A stretch of 64,000 nt of DNA from a virus. The stretch's first letter is position 1; every line of letters starts with the position of its first letter. Where the stretch lies: IMG/VR virus record IMGVR_UViG_3300034140_000002, positions 15,558 through 79,557 of that record; one strand, given 5' to 3'. This document shows positions 37,302-46,421 of this stretch, in pieces. Made by a program: the position numbers and the translations under genes. Below the pieces are notes generated by a model that was not told where the DNA came from, ran no database searches, and worked only from the letters and a program-made list of their open reading frames with translations.

Positions 37302-37622
37302 CTATTTAGTAATGTCTTGAACATAATTATAAGCGTCCTTGACAAGCGTCCTGACAGCCCCGTTAGCTTCAGTAAGCTGGATATCATAGTAGAAAAATCC
37401 TACTTGATTGGCCTGCTCAGCCGTGGGGGAGAAAGAGATGCTACTGTCAAACAAGCTGATAACACCCGGCACCTGATAAATCTGCGAGGTCGTGTCTACA
37501 GGGTTGCGGAGAGTGTTGAGAGTCATCACAGCAGTGCAACCTGCCAAGTCTACTGGAAGCGTATTGTAAGACACTGTGATCACATCAGCGGATGTATCTC
37601 CGCGAGTTCTGTTTAGTTGCAT
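37302..37622 (-). CDS. BppU-N-like Ig-fold virion protein
   Basis: RGDT....I.......PVDL.GCT..M, FYYDIQLT...G...TL..D.....DIT. Confidence 0.65.
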   Translation of the reverse strand: MQLNRTRGDTSADVITVSYNTLPVDLAGCTAVMTLNTLRNPVDTTSQIYQVPGVISLFDSSISFSPTAEQANQVGFFYYDIQLTEANGAVRTLVKDAYNYVQDITK

Positions 37623-37624
37623 AT

Positions 37625-38500
37625 TTACTCTCGCTTAAATGTGATTTTGTACTTAGGGTTTTTGAATCTAACTTTTAAATTGGCAGGTATTGCAGACACA
37701 CTTCCCGGAAGGGTTGTAAGAATATAATAGGAATCATTTGCTTCAATCCAATTAATGCTTCCATACGCTGGTTGAACTACGGAACCAAGTATGTGCATGA
37801 TGTCATTGACCTCGGACCAATACACACCAGCAGATGCAGGCTGATGTAATGTAACCTGAATATTAAGACCGTCATCAGCCTCCAGCCACGAAACCATTCC
37901 AGTATTTACGCCTAATATACTGGCCGAGATGTTGTGGCTGTCTGGCTCCTCAGTATACGATGTGTTGGTAGTTACCTGCAAGAAGCTTAGTAGGGACGTA
38001 ACATCGTCCGCTTCTGTCCAACTTACAACACCTACATTTACCCCTGTAAGCTCGGCAACCACTAACACTACATCATCAGCTTCTGCCCAGTTTATGCTGC
38101 CATTCAAAGGGATTGTTATTGCTGCTGACATTGACATGATGTCGCTAGATTCTGTCCATGCCATTATACCAGTACAATCTTGTGACATGTTCAATGTTAC
38201 AGTTTGTGTACCTAAATCAACTCCATCTTCTCTAAGCCTGTACGTAAAAAAGGATGTAGGTCCATCATAAGAAAAACTACCATCCTCGTAGGCAAAGAAT
38301 GTACCAATTCCGGGGGGAGTCTCCACAAAGCCTGAGTACTCTTTGTTGGCGTCATCAGGTAGGTTAAGGTCATTATATAAGTAGCTAGGCCCGTTGTCTC
38401 CTACTGATGGGACAGCAGAGCCTAGTACACCAAGTCCCCTATTCCCGAAATGAAAAGAGGATGCAATAAGAGGTGTATCGAAACGGAAGCTCATTGTCAA
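37625..38500 (-). CDS. Virion fibre-like protein with seven W/Y-x-E-x-x-D repeats
   Basis: Repeats visible in translation. Confidence 0.7.
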   Translation of the reverse strand: MTMSFRFDTPLIASSFHFGNRGLGVLGSAVPSVGDNGPSYLYNDLNLPDDANKEYSGFVETPPGIGTFFAYEDGSFSYDGPTSFFTYRLREDGVDLGTQTVTLNMSQDCTGIMAWTESSDIMSMSAAITIPLNGSINWAEADDVVLVVAELTGVNVGVVSWTEADDVTSLLSFLQVTTNTSYTEEPDSHNISASILGVNTGMVSWLEADDGLNIQVTLHQPASAGVYWSEVNDIMHILGSVVQPAYGSINWIEANDSYYILTTLPGSVSAIPANLKVRFKNPKYKITFKRE

Positions 38501-39972
38501 ACCGCCGTATATTTCTCAACACCTAGTACACCAGCGGCGTTTGACACTACTACTACATATTGCACGCCCGGAGTAAAACCCGCATTTGAGATAGTCAACA
38601 CCCCTGATGCATCCGTAGTTCTGGCTGTAAAATTACTCACATAAGTAAGTGTAGTAATATTTAACACAGTGACTGTTAAAGATGTCAAGTTGGCTAGCAC
38701 ACTCCCTGTGTTATTTTTAAAAGGTGCTGTGGTTATCGTGGTGACTGTTGTGACACTCCCTGTAATAGAGGATGTATCATTGACTTCGGCCCAAGACACA
38801 GTAGAAGATATAGAAGAACTTCCCGAAACAGTGTGTGTGTCATTAGCTTCTGTATAGGACACAGAACTTGTAATTGATGTTACAACCACATTAGTGGAAA
38901 TGATATGAACATCATCTACTTCAGTATATGTGCAACTCGCTGAGACAGTAGAAAAATATATACTAGCCGTCACACTTGTTACGTCAACATCTTCTGTGTA
39001 CGTAATAGTTGCTGATGGCGTACTAGCAGCAGACTCCCACGCACCAACATCATATGCTGCGCCTTGCGGGCGGGTAGTTCCAACAATATCAGCAGACGCA
39101 TTGCTGACATCCGTTGTACCCACATTAAGTAAGGGGGATGTTGTAGCAAGACGCAGATCGTGAGTACCAATACTGATGTTTTGAAAAGTACCAGTTGACA
39201 GTGCAGCGACTGAGTAATTCGTTGCCGTAGCATTGCTGTAGCATGCTGTTTTTGTAGCGGCAATAACCCCATCTTCAGGAGCAACTACACCGCCCACATA
39301 ACAGTTCTTCATAATCGCGCTGATCGAGCCGGTTATGATTCCGTAAGTCAGTGGGGTAGCGCCCAAATTGACGAGTGTGCAATTAACTACCGTCGTCCCG
39401 TTCGTGAACGCCGCGATGACAGCAGCGGCGTCGTTTTTAAGCTGGGCGATATAGCAGTTCCGCACAAAACTCGCGGCAGTGGTCATCCGGAATGCGGCTT
39501 TGATTGAGGTGTTAACCCCGTAGCTTTCAAAGATGCAGTTATCGGTAGTGATATTTGTAACGCCTGCGCCAGAAGTATAAAAAGCAGGTTGCGCAGTGCT
39601 GCCCGTATTAGTATTGGCAACCTGTAGCTTCGTAATCCGCATGAAAGACTGCTGGACGTTGATTGTCGCACCCGCCGCCGTGCATCGGATTGCCGCCCCG
39701 ACTGATGCGTTGTATCGCCCCGGATTCGTGGCGCGGTTCGCGTGGTCCATAAACGAGCAGCCCGGAGCGGCGGTCAATTCAGGGTAGCGTGTGGCGTCAG
39801 CGGTCTTTCCACTAAAAACGATGCTTGCGGTAATTACGAATTCCTGATTAAGCAACAAGCCACGGTGAACTTGGTCAGCCGTAATCATATTGGTAGGGAC
39901 AGAAGCCCACCATGTAGGGATGTCTGGGTAAGCCCCTCCAGAGCCAATAGTCGATTCAATAATGGTTGCCAT
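38497..39972 (-). CDS. Pectin-lyase-like beta-helix protein with repeat stalk and C-terminal domain
   Basis: Beta-helix periodicity (ITTDNCIFES, VRNCYI, VVNCTL, MKNCYV), D.RL..TSP.L..G...D..G..R....DVGAWE closing motif, four repeats. Confidence 0.65.
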   Translation of the reverse strand: MATIIESTIGSGGAYPDIPTWWASVPTNMITADQVHRGLLLNQEFVITASIVFSGKTADATRYPELTAAPGCSFMDHANRATNPGRYNASVGAAIRCTAAGATINVQQSFMRITKLQVANTNTGSTAQPAFYTSGAGVTNITTDNCIFESYGVNTSIKAAFRMTTAASFVRNCYIAQLKNDAAAVIAAFTNGTTVVNCTLVNLGATPLTYGIITGSISAIMKNCYVGGVVAPEDGVIAATKTACYSNATATNYSVAALSTGTFQNISIGTHDLRLATTSPLLNVGTTDVSNASADIVGTTRPQGAAYDVGAWESAASTPSATITYTEDVDVTSVTASIYFSTVSASCTYTEVDDVHIISTNVVVTSITSSVSYTEANDTHTVSGSSSISSTVSWAEVNDTSSITGSVTTVTTITTAPFKNNTGSVLANLTSLTVTVLNITTLTYVSNFTARTTDASGVLTISNAGFTPGVQYVVVVSNAAGVLGVEKYTAV

Positions 39973-39986
39973 TGAGATGCCTTATA

Positions 39987-41162
39987 TTATACTGTGAAAG
40001 AGGCTGACACCCAAGTGTTAGCTGATGGTATGGTCACTAATTGAGGGGTTACGGTAGCCAAAAACACGTCACTAATAGGTTCCACCATAACTGTGCGAGA
40101 ACCTAGCTTACTCGTGACCTCGCAAGACCAGCCAGAAGATGTTTCTACCACATTTCTGAAGCTCAGCCCGATATTAATGCCCCCCACCAAGTCCACATTA
40201 GGGTCTTGATCCCCAGAGTGCTCCGTGAAGAGTGGGTATCCTTTACCTATCGTGAAAGTGCCGTAAGGGTAGCTGCCAGTAATCTCAGCCATAATAGAGC
40301 CAGTACTATGATCGCCATTATTCCAAGCAAACGCAAAACCGCGCTTAGCTGTACGTAGAGCATTCACAGCATCAATGTTCTCTTGGAACACAACAAAACC
40401 ATCTTGCCTTCCGCAGCACCAGCCTAACCACGGAATTTTATTGCTTGTGTTACTAACGTATGCTATACAATCTTGTAGCACAGATACTTTACCACCTCCG
40501 TCCTCAGGGGATAAAAACGGTGAATTTGCCACAGGTACAGTTTCAAGAGCGCCTAACCAGTTTGCCACTGCCACGTTACCAATTGTACTGTACCTCCAAC
40601 GGGGGCGGTCAGGGTAGATAGCAGCAAAGAGATGCTTACGGCGAATGCCAAAAGTCATAGTCCCCCACCCGCCCATAGAACCTCCAGTTAGGCAGGTTTT
40701 GTTAGGTAGACAAGGCACGTTTGTGCTTGCCCACTTCATTAATGACTCTAGACGACGTTGTGTCACAAGAGCTACGTCTGACCCATAATTAGGTGTGTTT
40801 TTAAACCCCATCCACATGCTTTCACGGCGAGCGGAATTCGTTACATTTAGGCCGTATTGGTCCACTGGCCTGAGTAACACGATAGAGGTATCAGTGCTGT
40901 TGACCAAACTAAACCTAAATGTGTTGTAAGTACCAACAGCAAGGTCATTACTAACTATTGCGTCGTATTGACGACCTGTGCTAGTGTTCTGTCCGCCACT
41001 ACCGTGAAGTTGCAATATCAGAATTTTAGACGCTGTGGCTCCGGGGGTTCCACTACCTTCTAGTGCAACACTTACTGAATCGAAGGGGGCAATTTTATAA
41101 CGGCCACCCTTCATTACTGTGCCGGAGGCTCCGTTGTAGATTTTAGCTACCGGCGATGCCAT
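39987..41162 (-). CDS. Alpha/beta-hydrolase (esterase/deacylase-like)
   Basis: LHGSGG oxyanion motif, nucleophile elbow TGGSMGG, G..DG..V, W..GDH; ATG 41162 overlaps upstream stop. Confidence 0.75.
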   Translation of the reverse strand: MASPVAKIYNGASGTVMKGGRYKIAPFDSVSVALEGSGTPGATASKILILQLHGSGGQNTSTGRQYDAIVSNDLAVGTYNTFRFSLVNSTDTSIVLLRPVDQYGLNVTNSARRESMWMGFKNTPNYGSDVALVTQRRLESLMKWASTNVPCLPNKTCLTGGSMGGWGTMTFGIRRKHLFAAIYPDRPRWRYSTIGNVAVANWLGALETVPVANSPFLSPEDGGGKVSVLQDCIAYVSNTSNKIPWLGWCCGRQDGFVVFQENIDAVNALRTAKRGFAFAWNNGDHSTGSIMAEITGSYPYGTFTIGKGYPLFTEHSGDQDPNVDLVGGINIGLSFRNVVETSSGWSCEVTSKLGSRTVMVEPISDVFLATVTPQLVTIPSANTWVSASFTV

Positions 41163-41554
41163 TAGGCGTTTCCGCGAGTGGCAGTCCAAGCTGTTACAGC
41201 AACAGTTACACCTACTGTGATAGATGCTGTATTCAGAATCATATCCGTGCCAGCAGTGCCAGCCGAGCCATCAATAACATGAGTCGTACCGTCTGCCTTA
41301 GTCACACGGAACCATGTAGCAGTTCCTACGGCTGCACCAGTAGTGTTAGCAGGAAGTGTAGGGGACAGTACAGCCGCAGATGCCGCAGGGGCGAATGGGC
41401 TACCTAGAGTAAACTCTGCAAGCAGATTGGTAGCAGTGCCACCAGTTGCTGGGCGAGCACCGTCATAAATACGCAGTTTAGCACCAGCACCTGCAAAAGT
41501 TGTAATTGCATCCATTTGCGCGTTGCGCAGTGTTACGTTATAGCCAGTTGCCAT
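41162..41554 (-). CDS. Small virion structural protein
   Basis: LRIYDGARPATG...LLAEFTL, GTATWFR motif, Ala/Thr/Gly rich. Confidence 0.6.
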   Translation of the reverse strand: MATGYNVTLRNAQMDAITTFAGAGAKLRIYDGARPATGGTATNLLAEFTLGSPFAPAASAAVLSPTLPANTTGAAVGTATWFRVTKADGTTHVIDGSAGTAGTDMILNTASITVGVTVAVTAWTATRGNA

Positions 41555-41575
41555 TTTTGTTTCCTTTAATTAAAT

Positions 41576-44005
41576 TTAGATTACTATCACAGGGTGTATC
41601 GAGCCAACAATCTCACCGTTACTATTAAAAATCACTGCGGTGTACTTCGCACCACTTGTCAAGGAGTTGTCTACAATTTCAATTACTCCGGCTGAATCAC
41701 TTTGTAAATTAGAATAAAACTTAGTGTTGCTCTCGCTACTCAAGGTAACTGTCAGCCCCTTTAAATCTCTAAAGTGAATATTCGTAATCAGCATTTTTGC
41801 AATTGGTGTTACAGGTGGTGGTGGAACAACTACCACAGGGGGTAATGTCTCACTAGGAGGTTGCGGGGGTGTTACAACTGCCGAGGTGCGAGGAACAATA
41901 GCAAACTGAGGGCTAGTATTGTAGTCAGGTTTAGTCTTGCGACTCATAAATAGTGCCCAAGCCTTGCTGCCACCTTCATATCCACTGTCTGTTGCATAGG
42001 CCAAGGCAGGTTGGTAATTAGATGGAAAGCCCGCTGTAGCCCCCGGATAGCCTGTAAGTTCAACCACAGGGCTGCAAACAAGCTCTGCTACCTCTTTAGT
42101 ATTATCCCAACATTGCTTTAGGGTTTTGTAAAAAGGTTGTGCCAGCTTAGCGGTTGTATCAACCGCAGCGGAGTCTTTAACTCGGATAACGTACATTGCC
42201 GCATCATTGGGGCAATACCCATCTGCAATCATCCTACCTACTTGAAACTTAGCTTTCCACTTAAGCAGTCTGCCAGCCTCTTCACAACCTAGTTCTGCTG
42301 CATGCCCTACTCCTTGCGTAAAGAAGTCATCCATATAAAGTGACATGCCAACTCCTGCGATACCTTTAACTGCATAAGGTAAGCCCGGCGCTGCATCCAA
42401 AATCATGCCCAACTCGTTGTGTACAACTGGGTCAACTACTGTTACTCTGCGCTCTACAACCTTTACACCGCTGGACGAACCATCCGTAAAGTTAATCCGG
42501 TAGTACTCCATAGTGTTATCCAGCCAATACTTGAAAGCGGTCTTTTGAGGGTGGCTGTCTGGAGTGATATAAGCAGCTTCTGCTAAAGTCCTAATAGACC
42601 ACCCTTGGCCCCTTATTTGGTCAGACTTAACCCAGCCTTTTTCAAACATCCTGTAATACGGGTTGCTTCGGTAGGCATTATAATTGCACCAGAATAGAAG
42701 TTCCTCTAGGTAGAAATAATCTCCTGTGAGCAAGTAGGGTATATAGGCAAAGGCAGGTTGATGTGATGTATCATTCTCTAATTTGCTAGCAGTGACTACA
42801 GGAGGTAATTTCTCATACTGCTTAGTGGCAGGGTTGAGGGTGTCACCCGGATTTCCAAGTATAGTCGCGTAAGGATACTTGATAACATCCAGCATAGTGT
42901 CGTCAGGGAGGCGTCTGTGAGCAGCCCAACTTCCTGCAACGTTTGCTGATTCTAGCATCAAGGCTTTAGCACGTTTATCCCCACTAATAATAGTGGCTGC
43001 GTAACAATCGGGTGCCAAGCCAATATCGGGACGACCGCCCGGAGCGGACATTACAGGTTGAAAACGCCCTGTAGCCATAGGCTCGAATGAGAACTTTTTC
43101 AAATCGGCTGCATAGCTTGCAAGAGTTATCTCCGACATTACAATAGACGGGTCGTAGTTAGGAACAGCTTTGGTAGCTATGAAGTATGCCGAATTATGCT
43201 TAACATGCAGACTAGGTTTGCCACCTTGCCAGAAAGTCTTCTTCCAACGAGCGCCGGGAAAATGCACCAGCCCTAACTTACTGTAGACTTCTACACCGTC
43301 TGAAATAATCTTCACATCGTAGGTGATGTCAACTTGGGCCGGGATCGGTGCTGGATTAGGTACGGCTTCTGTAGGGGCTAGGAATTTGAAACCGTTAGTG
43401 GTGTAGGTGTTAGTGTGCTCTAACGTTACGTCGAACTTGGCTTGACCTGTTGAATACGTACGCTCGTTAATCTGCACCCTGAGGAAAGGATGTTTATCGC
43501 CTCTTGCAGAAATCAAATCTTCAAATCCAATAAGCTCCACTGCAACCGGGCCAAGTAACCAACCCTTACTGTTATGGGCTTGAGCACGATATTCTATTCC
43601 TGCCTCAACCACCACGACCTCTACGTCTTTTGCACGTAACTGGTGATCTGGGGCTTCCGTCTTCAAAGATCGGATAAGGAACATTTCTCCGTTTTTATGA
43701 GTAACACCACTGATAATGCCGTGACGTACCGAGCCATCTTTGTGGGTAGCTTTAACATCTAATTGGAGGGGGATATCTTCAATCCCTGTGATACGTCCTA
43801 CAAGAGTATCCGTAGGAGCTAACTCGCCAATCTTGAACACTTGCCCGAATGTGAATGGAGATACCTCTGCCACATCTTCAAAAACTACTGTTGTAATTGC
43901 TCCGCCAACAGGTACACTGGGGGATGTGAAAACAGGGGCAACATACTCGGGTAATTTAATAGCTGGGGTGCCGGGTGTTTGCAAAGGGGTTGGTGTAATT
44001 GCCAT
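41576..44005 (-). CDS. Large putative carbohydrate-active protein (RIFT-barrel / alpha-barrel lyase-like) with Pro-rich linkers
   Basis: PFTFGQVF..G...P, H.DGSVRH..ISG, GRPDIGL, HQP..AY.PYLLTGD.FYLEEL, Q.RGQGW..R motifs. Confidence 0.55.
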   Translation of the reverse strand: MAITPTPLQTPGTPAIKLPEYVAPVFTSPSVPVGGAITTVVFEDVAEVSPFTFGQVFKIGELAPTDTLVGRITGIEDIPLQLDVKATHKDGSVRHGIISGVTHKNGEMFLIRSLKTEAPDHQLRAKDVEVVVVEAGIEYRAQAHNSKGWLLGPVAVELIGFEDLISARGDKHPFLRVQINERTYSTGQAKFDVTLEHTNTYTTNGFKFLAPTEAVPNPAPIPAQVDITYDVKIISDGVEVYSKLGLVHFPGARWKKTFWQGGKPSLHVKHNSAYFIATKAVPNYDPSIVMSEITLASYAADLKKFSFEPMATGRFQPVMSAPGGRPDIGLAPDCYAATIISGDKRAKALMLESANVAGSWAAHRRLPDDTMLDVIKYPYATILGNPGDTLNPATKQYEKLPPVVTASKLENDTSHQPAFAYIPYLLTGDYFYLEELLFWCNYNAYRSNPYYRMFEKGWVKSDQIRGQGWSIRTLAEAAYITPDSHPQKTAFKYWLDNTMEYYRINFTDGSSSGVKVVERRVTVVDPVVHNELGMILDAAPGLPYAVKGIAGVGMSLYMDDFFTQGVGHAAELGCEEAGRLLKWKAKFQVGRMIADGYCPNDAAMYVIRVKDSAAVDTTAKLAQPFYKTLKQCWDNTKEVAELVCSPVVELTGYPGATAGFPSNYQPALAYATDSGYEGGSKAWALFMSRKTKPDYNTSPQFAIVPRTSAVVTPPQPPSETLPPVVVVPPPPVTPIAKMLITNIHFRDLKGLTVTLSSESNTKFYSNLQSDSAGVIEIVDNSLTSGAKYTAVIFNSNGEIVGSIHPVIVI

Positions 44006-44019
44006 ATTTGCCTCAATAA

Positions 44020-44415
44020 TTATTTACGGATGTACATTTCGTACAGGATATTATCTTCGGCTGATGTGTTGTACTCTTTGACTGCTACAATTTTCCAGCG
44101 TGCATTATTAATTATTACGTAATCGCCTGTAGGATTTGCCAACACAGCGTCTGCAAATACATCTGCTTTTTCAGTTGGACGAATGTACAGGAGTTGGTCA
44201 CCCTCTAGTATTTGTGAATTAGCATTGCTGGTAATTCCGTTAGTAGGGCGTGGAAGTTCTAGCTTGATCGCTTGTACAGAGATTTCTGTAGTGGGGGTGG
44301 ATATAGTTCCATTGGAATCATCTGCCACAGGCTCACCAATAGAGTAGTAAGTAGTAGTGAATCCAAAGTCTGAGAAGAACTCCCCAATCATATTGTGGAA
44401 GTCACTGAATCTCAT
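44020..44415 (-). CDS. Head-tail joining (stopper-like) protein
   Basis: Position and size. Confidence 0.65.
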   Translation of the reverse strand: MRFSDFHNMIGEFFSDFGFTTTYYSIGEPVADDSNGTISTPTTEISVQAIKLELPRPTNGITSNANSQILEGDQLLYIRPTEKADVFADAVLANPTGDYVIINNARWKIVAVKEYNTSAEDNILYEMYIRK

Positions 44416-44852
44416 GTTGCAAACCCTGTCCGGCTGTTATCGTTAGGAGATAGGTCAGCATTGAAAGAGAGTTGCTGAGCTTCCGTCCCATTAGTGAAAT
44501 TGCAGTTCCAAGCCTTTTGGAATTCTAAGATAGGGCTGTACTCTGCTGCACTCATATAAGGGAGTGGGGAATAGTCTAGGAAGGCTGGGTTAGTGTGGGC
44601 AAGCATCAGAAACTGCTTGTATGCTGTGAAAGCCTCAGCCCCCCATACTTCCAACTGAGCCATCTTACGGTGTGTTTTGTGAGAAAGCATGCCAAGAATA
44701 TACATAGCGCATATCTTTGCAGCGAGCTTCACATTGTTGCCATTCTCAGAGAGAGTCGTCTGAATAACGTCATCACTCAGGTAGGGTAGGTCACTTACAT
44801 CAGCAATACGAAGTCTTACTTTGCCGAGATTTGAGGATGGGTCAATAATCAT
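44412..44852 (-). CDS. Head-tail connector (adaptor) protein
   Basis: VRLRIAD....PYLSDD.I...L pattern; ATG 44852 after AAAGGAG. Confidence 0.75.
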   Translation of the reverse strand: MIIDPSSNLGKVRLRIADVSDLPYLSDDVIQTTLSENGNNVKLAAKICAMYILGMLSHKTHRKMAQLEVWGAEAFTAYKQFLMLAHTNPAFLDYSPLPYMSAAEYSPILEFQKAWNCNFTNGTEAQQLSFNADLSPNDNSRTGFAT

Positions 44853-44896
44853 AATTTCTCCTTTGTTGTTTATGAATACTAGAATATAATACTCAT

Positions 44897-44922
44897 AAAG
44901 AACAAGCCCCACGAGGGGGCTT
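44897..44922 (-). terminator. Terminator after major capsid gene
   Basis: AAGCCCCC-TCGT-GGGGCTT then GTTCTTT on minus strand. Confidence 0.7.
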
Positions 44923-44938
44923 GGATAATACTCAACTA

Positions 44939-45973
44939 TTAGTTAGTCGAGAACACACGGATAACAGCTTGTGGGCGCAGCAGGGCCGAGATGTGGTTCG
45001 ACTCTGTTTCGATTTCGATCTTGGTGCCGTTTGCAGCAGCAGTCTCAAAAGCGTACATCTTTTCACCGGCTGTGTTGACCAGACCAAAACGCTCTGCTGG
45101 GGCAAAGTAGGTTTTGAAGGTATCACTACCTTGTGGAACTGCAACGCCTTCGCCAGCAGTAACAATCGATACACCGTTGTACGAGTCGCGGACTTCACGG
45201 AACGTAACACCACCGAACGAGAACTCACGACCATTTTGCATAGCCGTACCACCATTCGACAGACGGCTGCGGATTGGATCGTTACCCGAGTTCATTGCTT
45301 GAGCATTGCTGTAAGCAGCTTTAACCGAAGCGTGGGTAATCAGCTTGTTGAAGAAAGTTGTGTCGCAAGGGATGATGATGCCACTGAAAACGCCATTACC
45401 GCCCATACCATCATGAACAGCTTGAATAATCAGCTCGATCTTTGCCAGAACTTCAGTACTAGTGGTGCCGAGAACCATGTCAACTTGCGTACGGGTGACG
45501 CCGAATTCAGTGTTCCAGTCTTGCACAACGGTACCGCTAGGTGCGTAAGCAGTACCCGAGAACAGAGCCTGAGCACGAGCTTTATTCAGCGTCCAGTCGT
45601 GGTTCTGACGCATACGGAACAGCTTTGCTTCGCGGACTTTCGCCAGTTGTTCAACTTCGTTAAAGTTATCGTAAGCCGATTTAGCTACGAGGTCTTTTGG
45701 CGAAATGAAGTCGTCATGTGGGAAGTGAGGAACAGCAAAGGTGTGCAGCTTGCGCGTACCCATCTTACCAACCGTATTTTTCTCACCACGTACGCGGTCA
45801 ACCAGCAGAGCGCCATTGATCGTGGACTCTTCAAACATAACGGTGTCAGCAGCAACTGGCTCTTCCGAGAAGATGCCCATCTGGTTGAACGAACCGTATT
45901 GGATAGGGATGTTACGTACTGCCGATGTCAGGTCGACAATATCATAAACATTAGTAGGGCTGCGAGTCAGCAT
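44939..45973 (-). CDS. Major capsid protein (lambda gpE-like family)
   Basis: 344 aa, follows decoration gene; F.VPHFPH.D.I, E...A.AL..G patterns. Confidence 0.9.
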   Translation of the reverse strand: MLTRSPTNVYDIVDLTSAVRNIPIQYGSFNQMGIFSEEPVAADTVMFEESTINGALLVDRVRGEKNTVGKMGTRKLHTFAVPHFPHDDFISPKDLVAKSAYDNFNEVEQLAKVREAKLFRMRQNHDWTLNKARAQALFSGTAYAPSGTVVQDWNTEFGVTRTQVDMVLGTTSTEVLAKIELIIQAVHDGMGGNGVFSGIIIPCDTTFFNKLITHASVKAAYSNAQAMNSGNDPIRSRLSNGGTAMQNGREFSFGGVTFREVRDSYNGVSIVTAGEGVAVPQGSDTFKTYFAPAERFGLVNTAGEKMYAFETAAANGTKIEIETESNHISALLRPQAVIRVFSTN

Positions 45974-45991
45974 TATATATTTCCTTAATTA

Positions 45992-46408
45992 TTAGTAAGT
46001 GGTGAGAACGTCAATGCCAGCAGCGGCAAGTTGTTCGTAGGCTGCGGTAGTCAGAGCACCGGCAGTAACCGAAGCACCCATCGTCAGGGACGAGTCCGAA
46101 ACAGCGCAGATACCACGATAGAGGACGAGAAACTTAGTGTCGGTGGTAGCGGCCATTACGGTTGGGTTAGCTTGACCAAAGGCGTTGCCAACAACAACAG
46201 CAGCAGCAACTTGCGAGCCGTCACCAGCCGAAGCTTCAAGCACTTTGTATTTACCAGTGGCGGTAACTTTACCGAGGACGGTGCCGATTTGAATAGTGGC
46301 TGCTGGACCATTAACGGTAACAACCTTTTTGCATTGACCCCACTCTTGACCCTCTTCACGCTTGACAACGTTAGAGTAGCGCTGGGTTTCAGTAGCGATA
46401 ACTGTCAT
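45992..46408 (-). CDS. Head decoration protein (lambda gpD-like)
   Basis: GTVLGKVTATGKY.......DGSQ.AAAV motif. Confidence 0.85.
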   Translation of the reverse strand: MTVIATETQRYSNVVKREEGQEWGQCKKVVTVNGPAATIQIGTVLGKVTATGKYKVLEASAGDGSQVAAAVVVGNAFGQANPTVMAATTDTKFLVLYRGICAVSDSSLTMGASVTAGALTTAAYEQLAAAGIDVLTTY

Positions 46409-46421
46409 TTTATTTCCTTAA

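Noticed and set aside
44921-45988. 355 aa antisense ORF over the capsid gene
   Set aside because: Exact mirror of a highly biased gene; typical stop-free antisense frame
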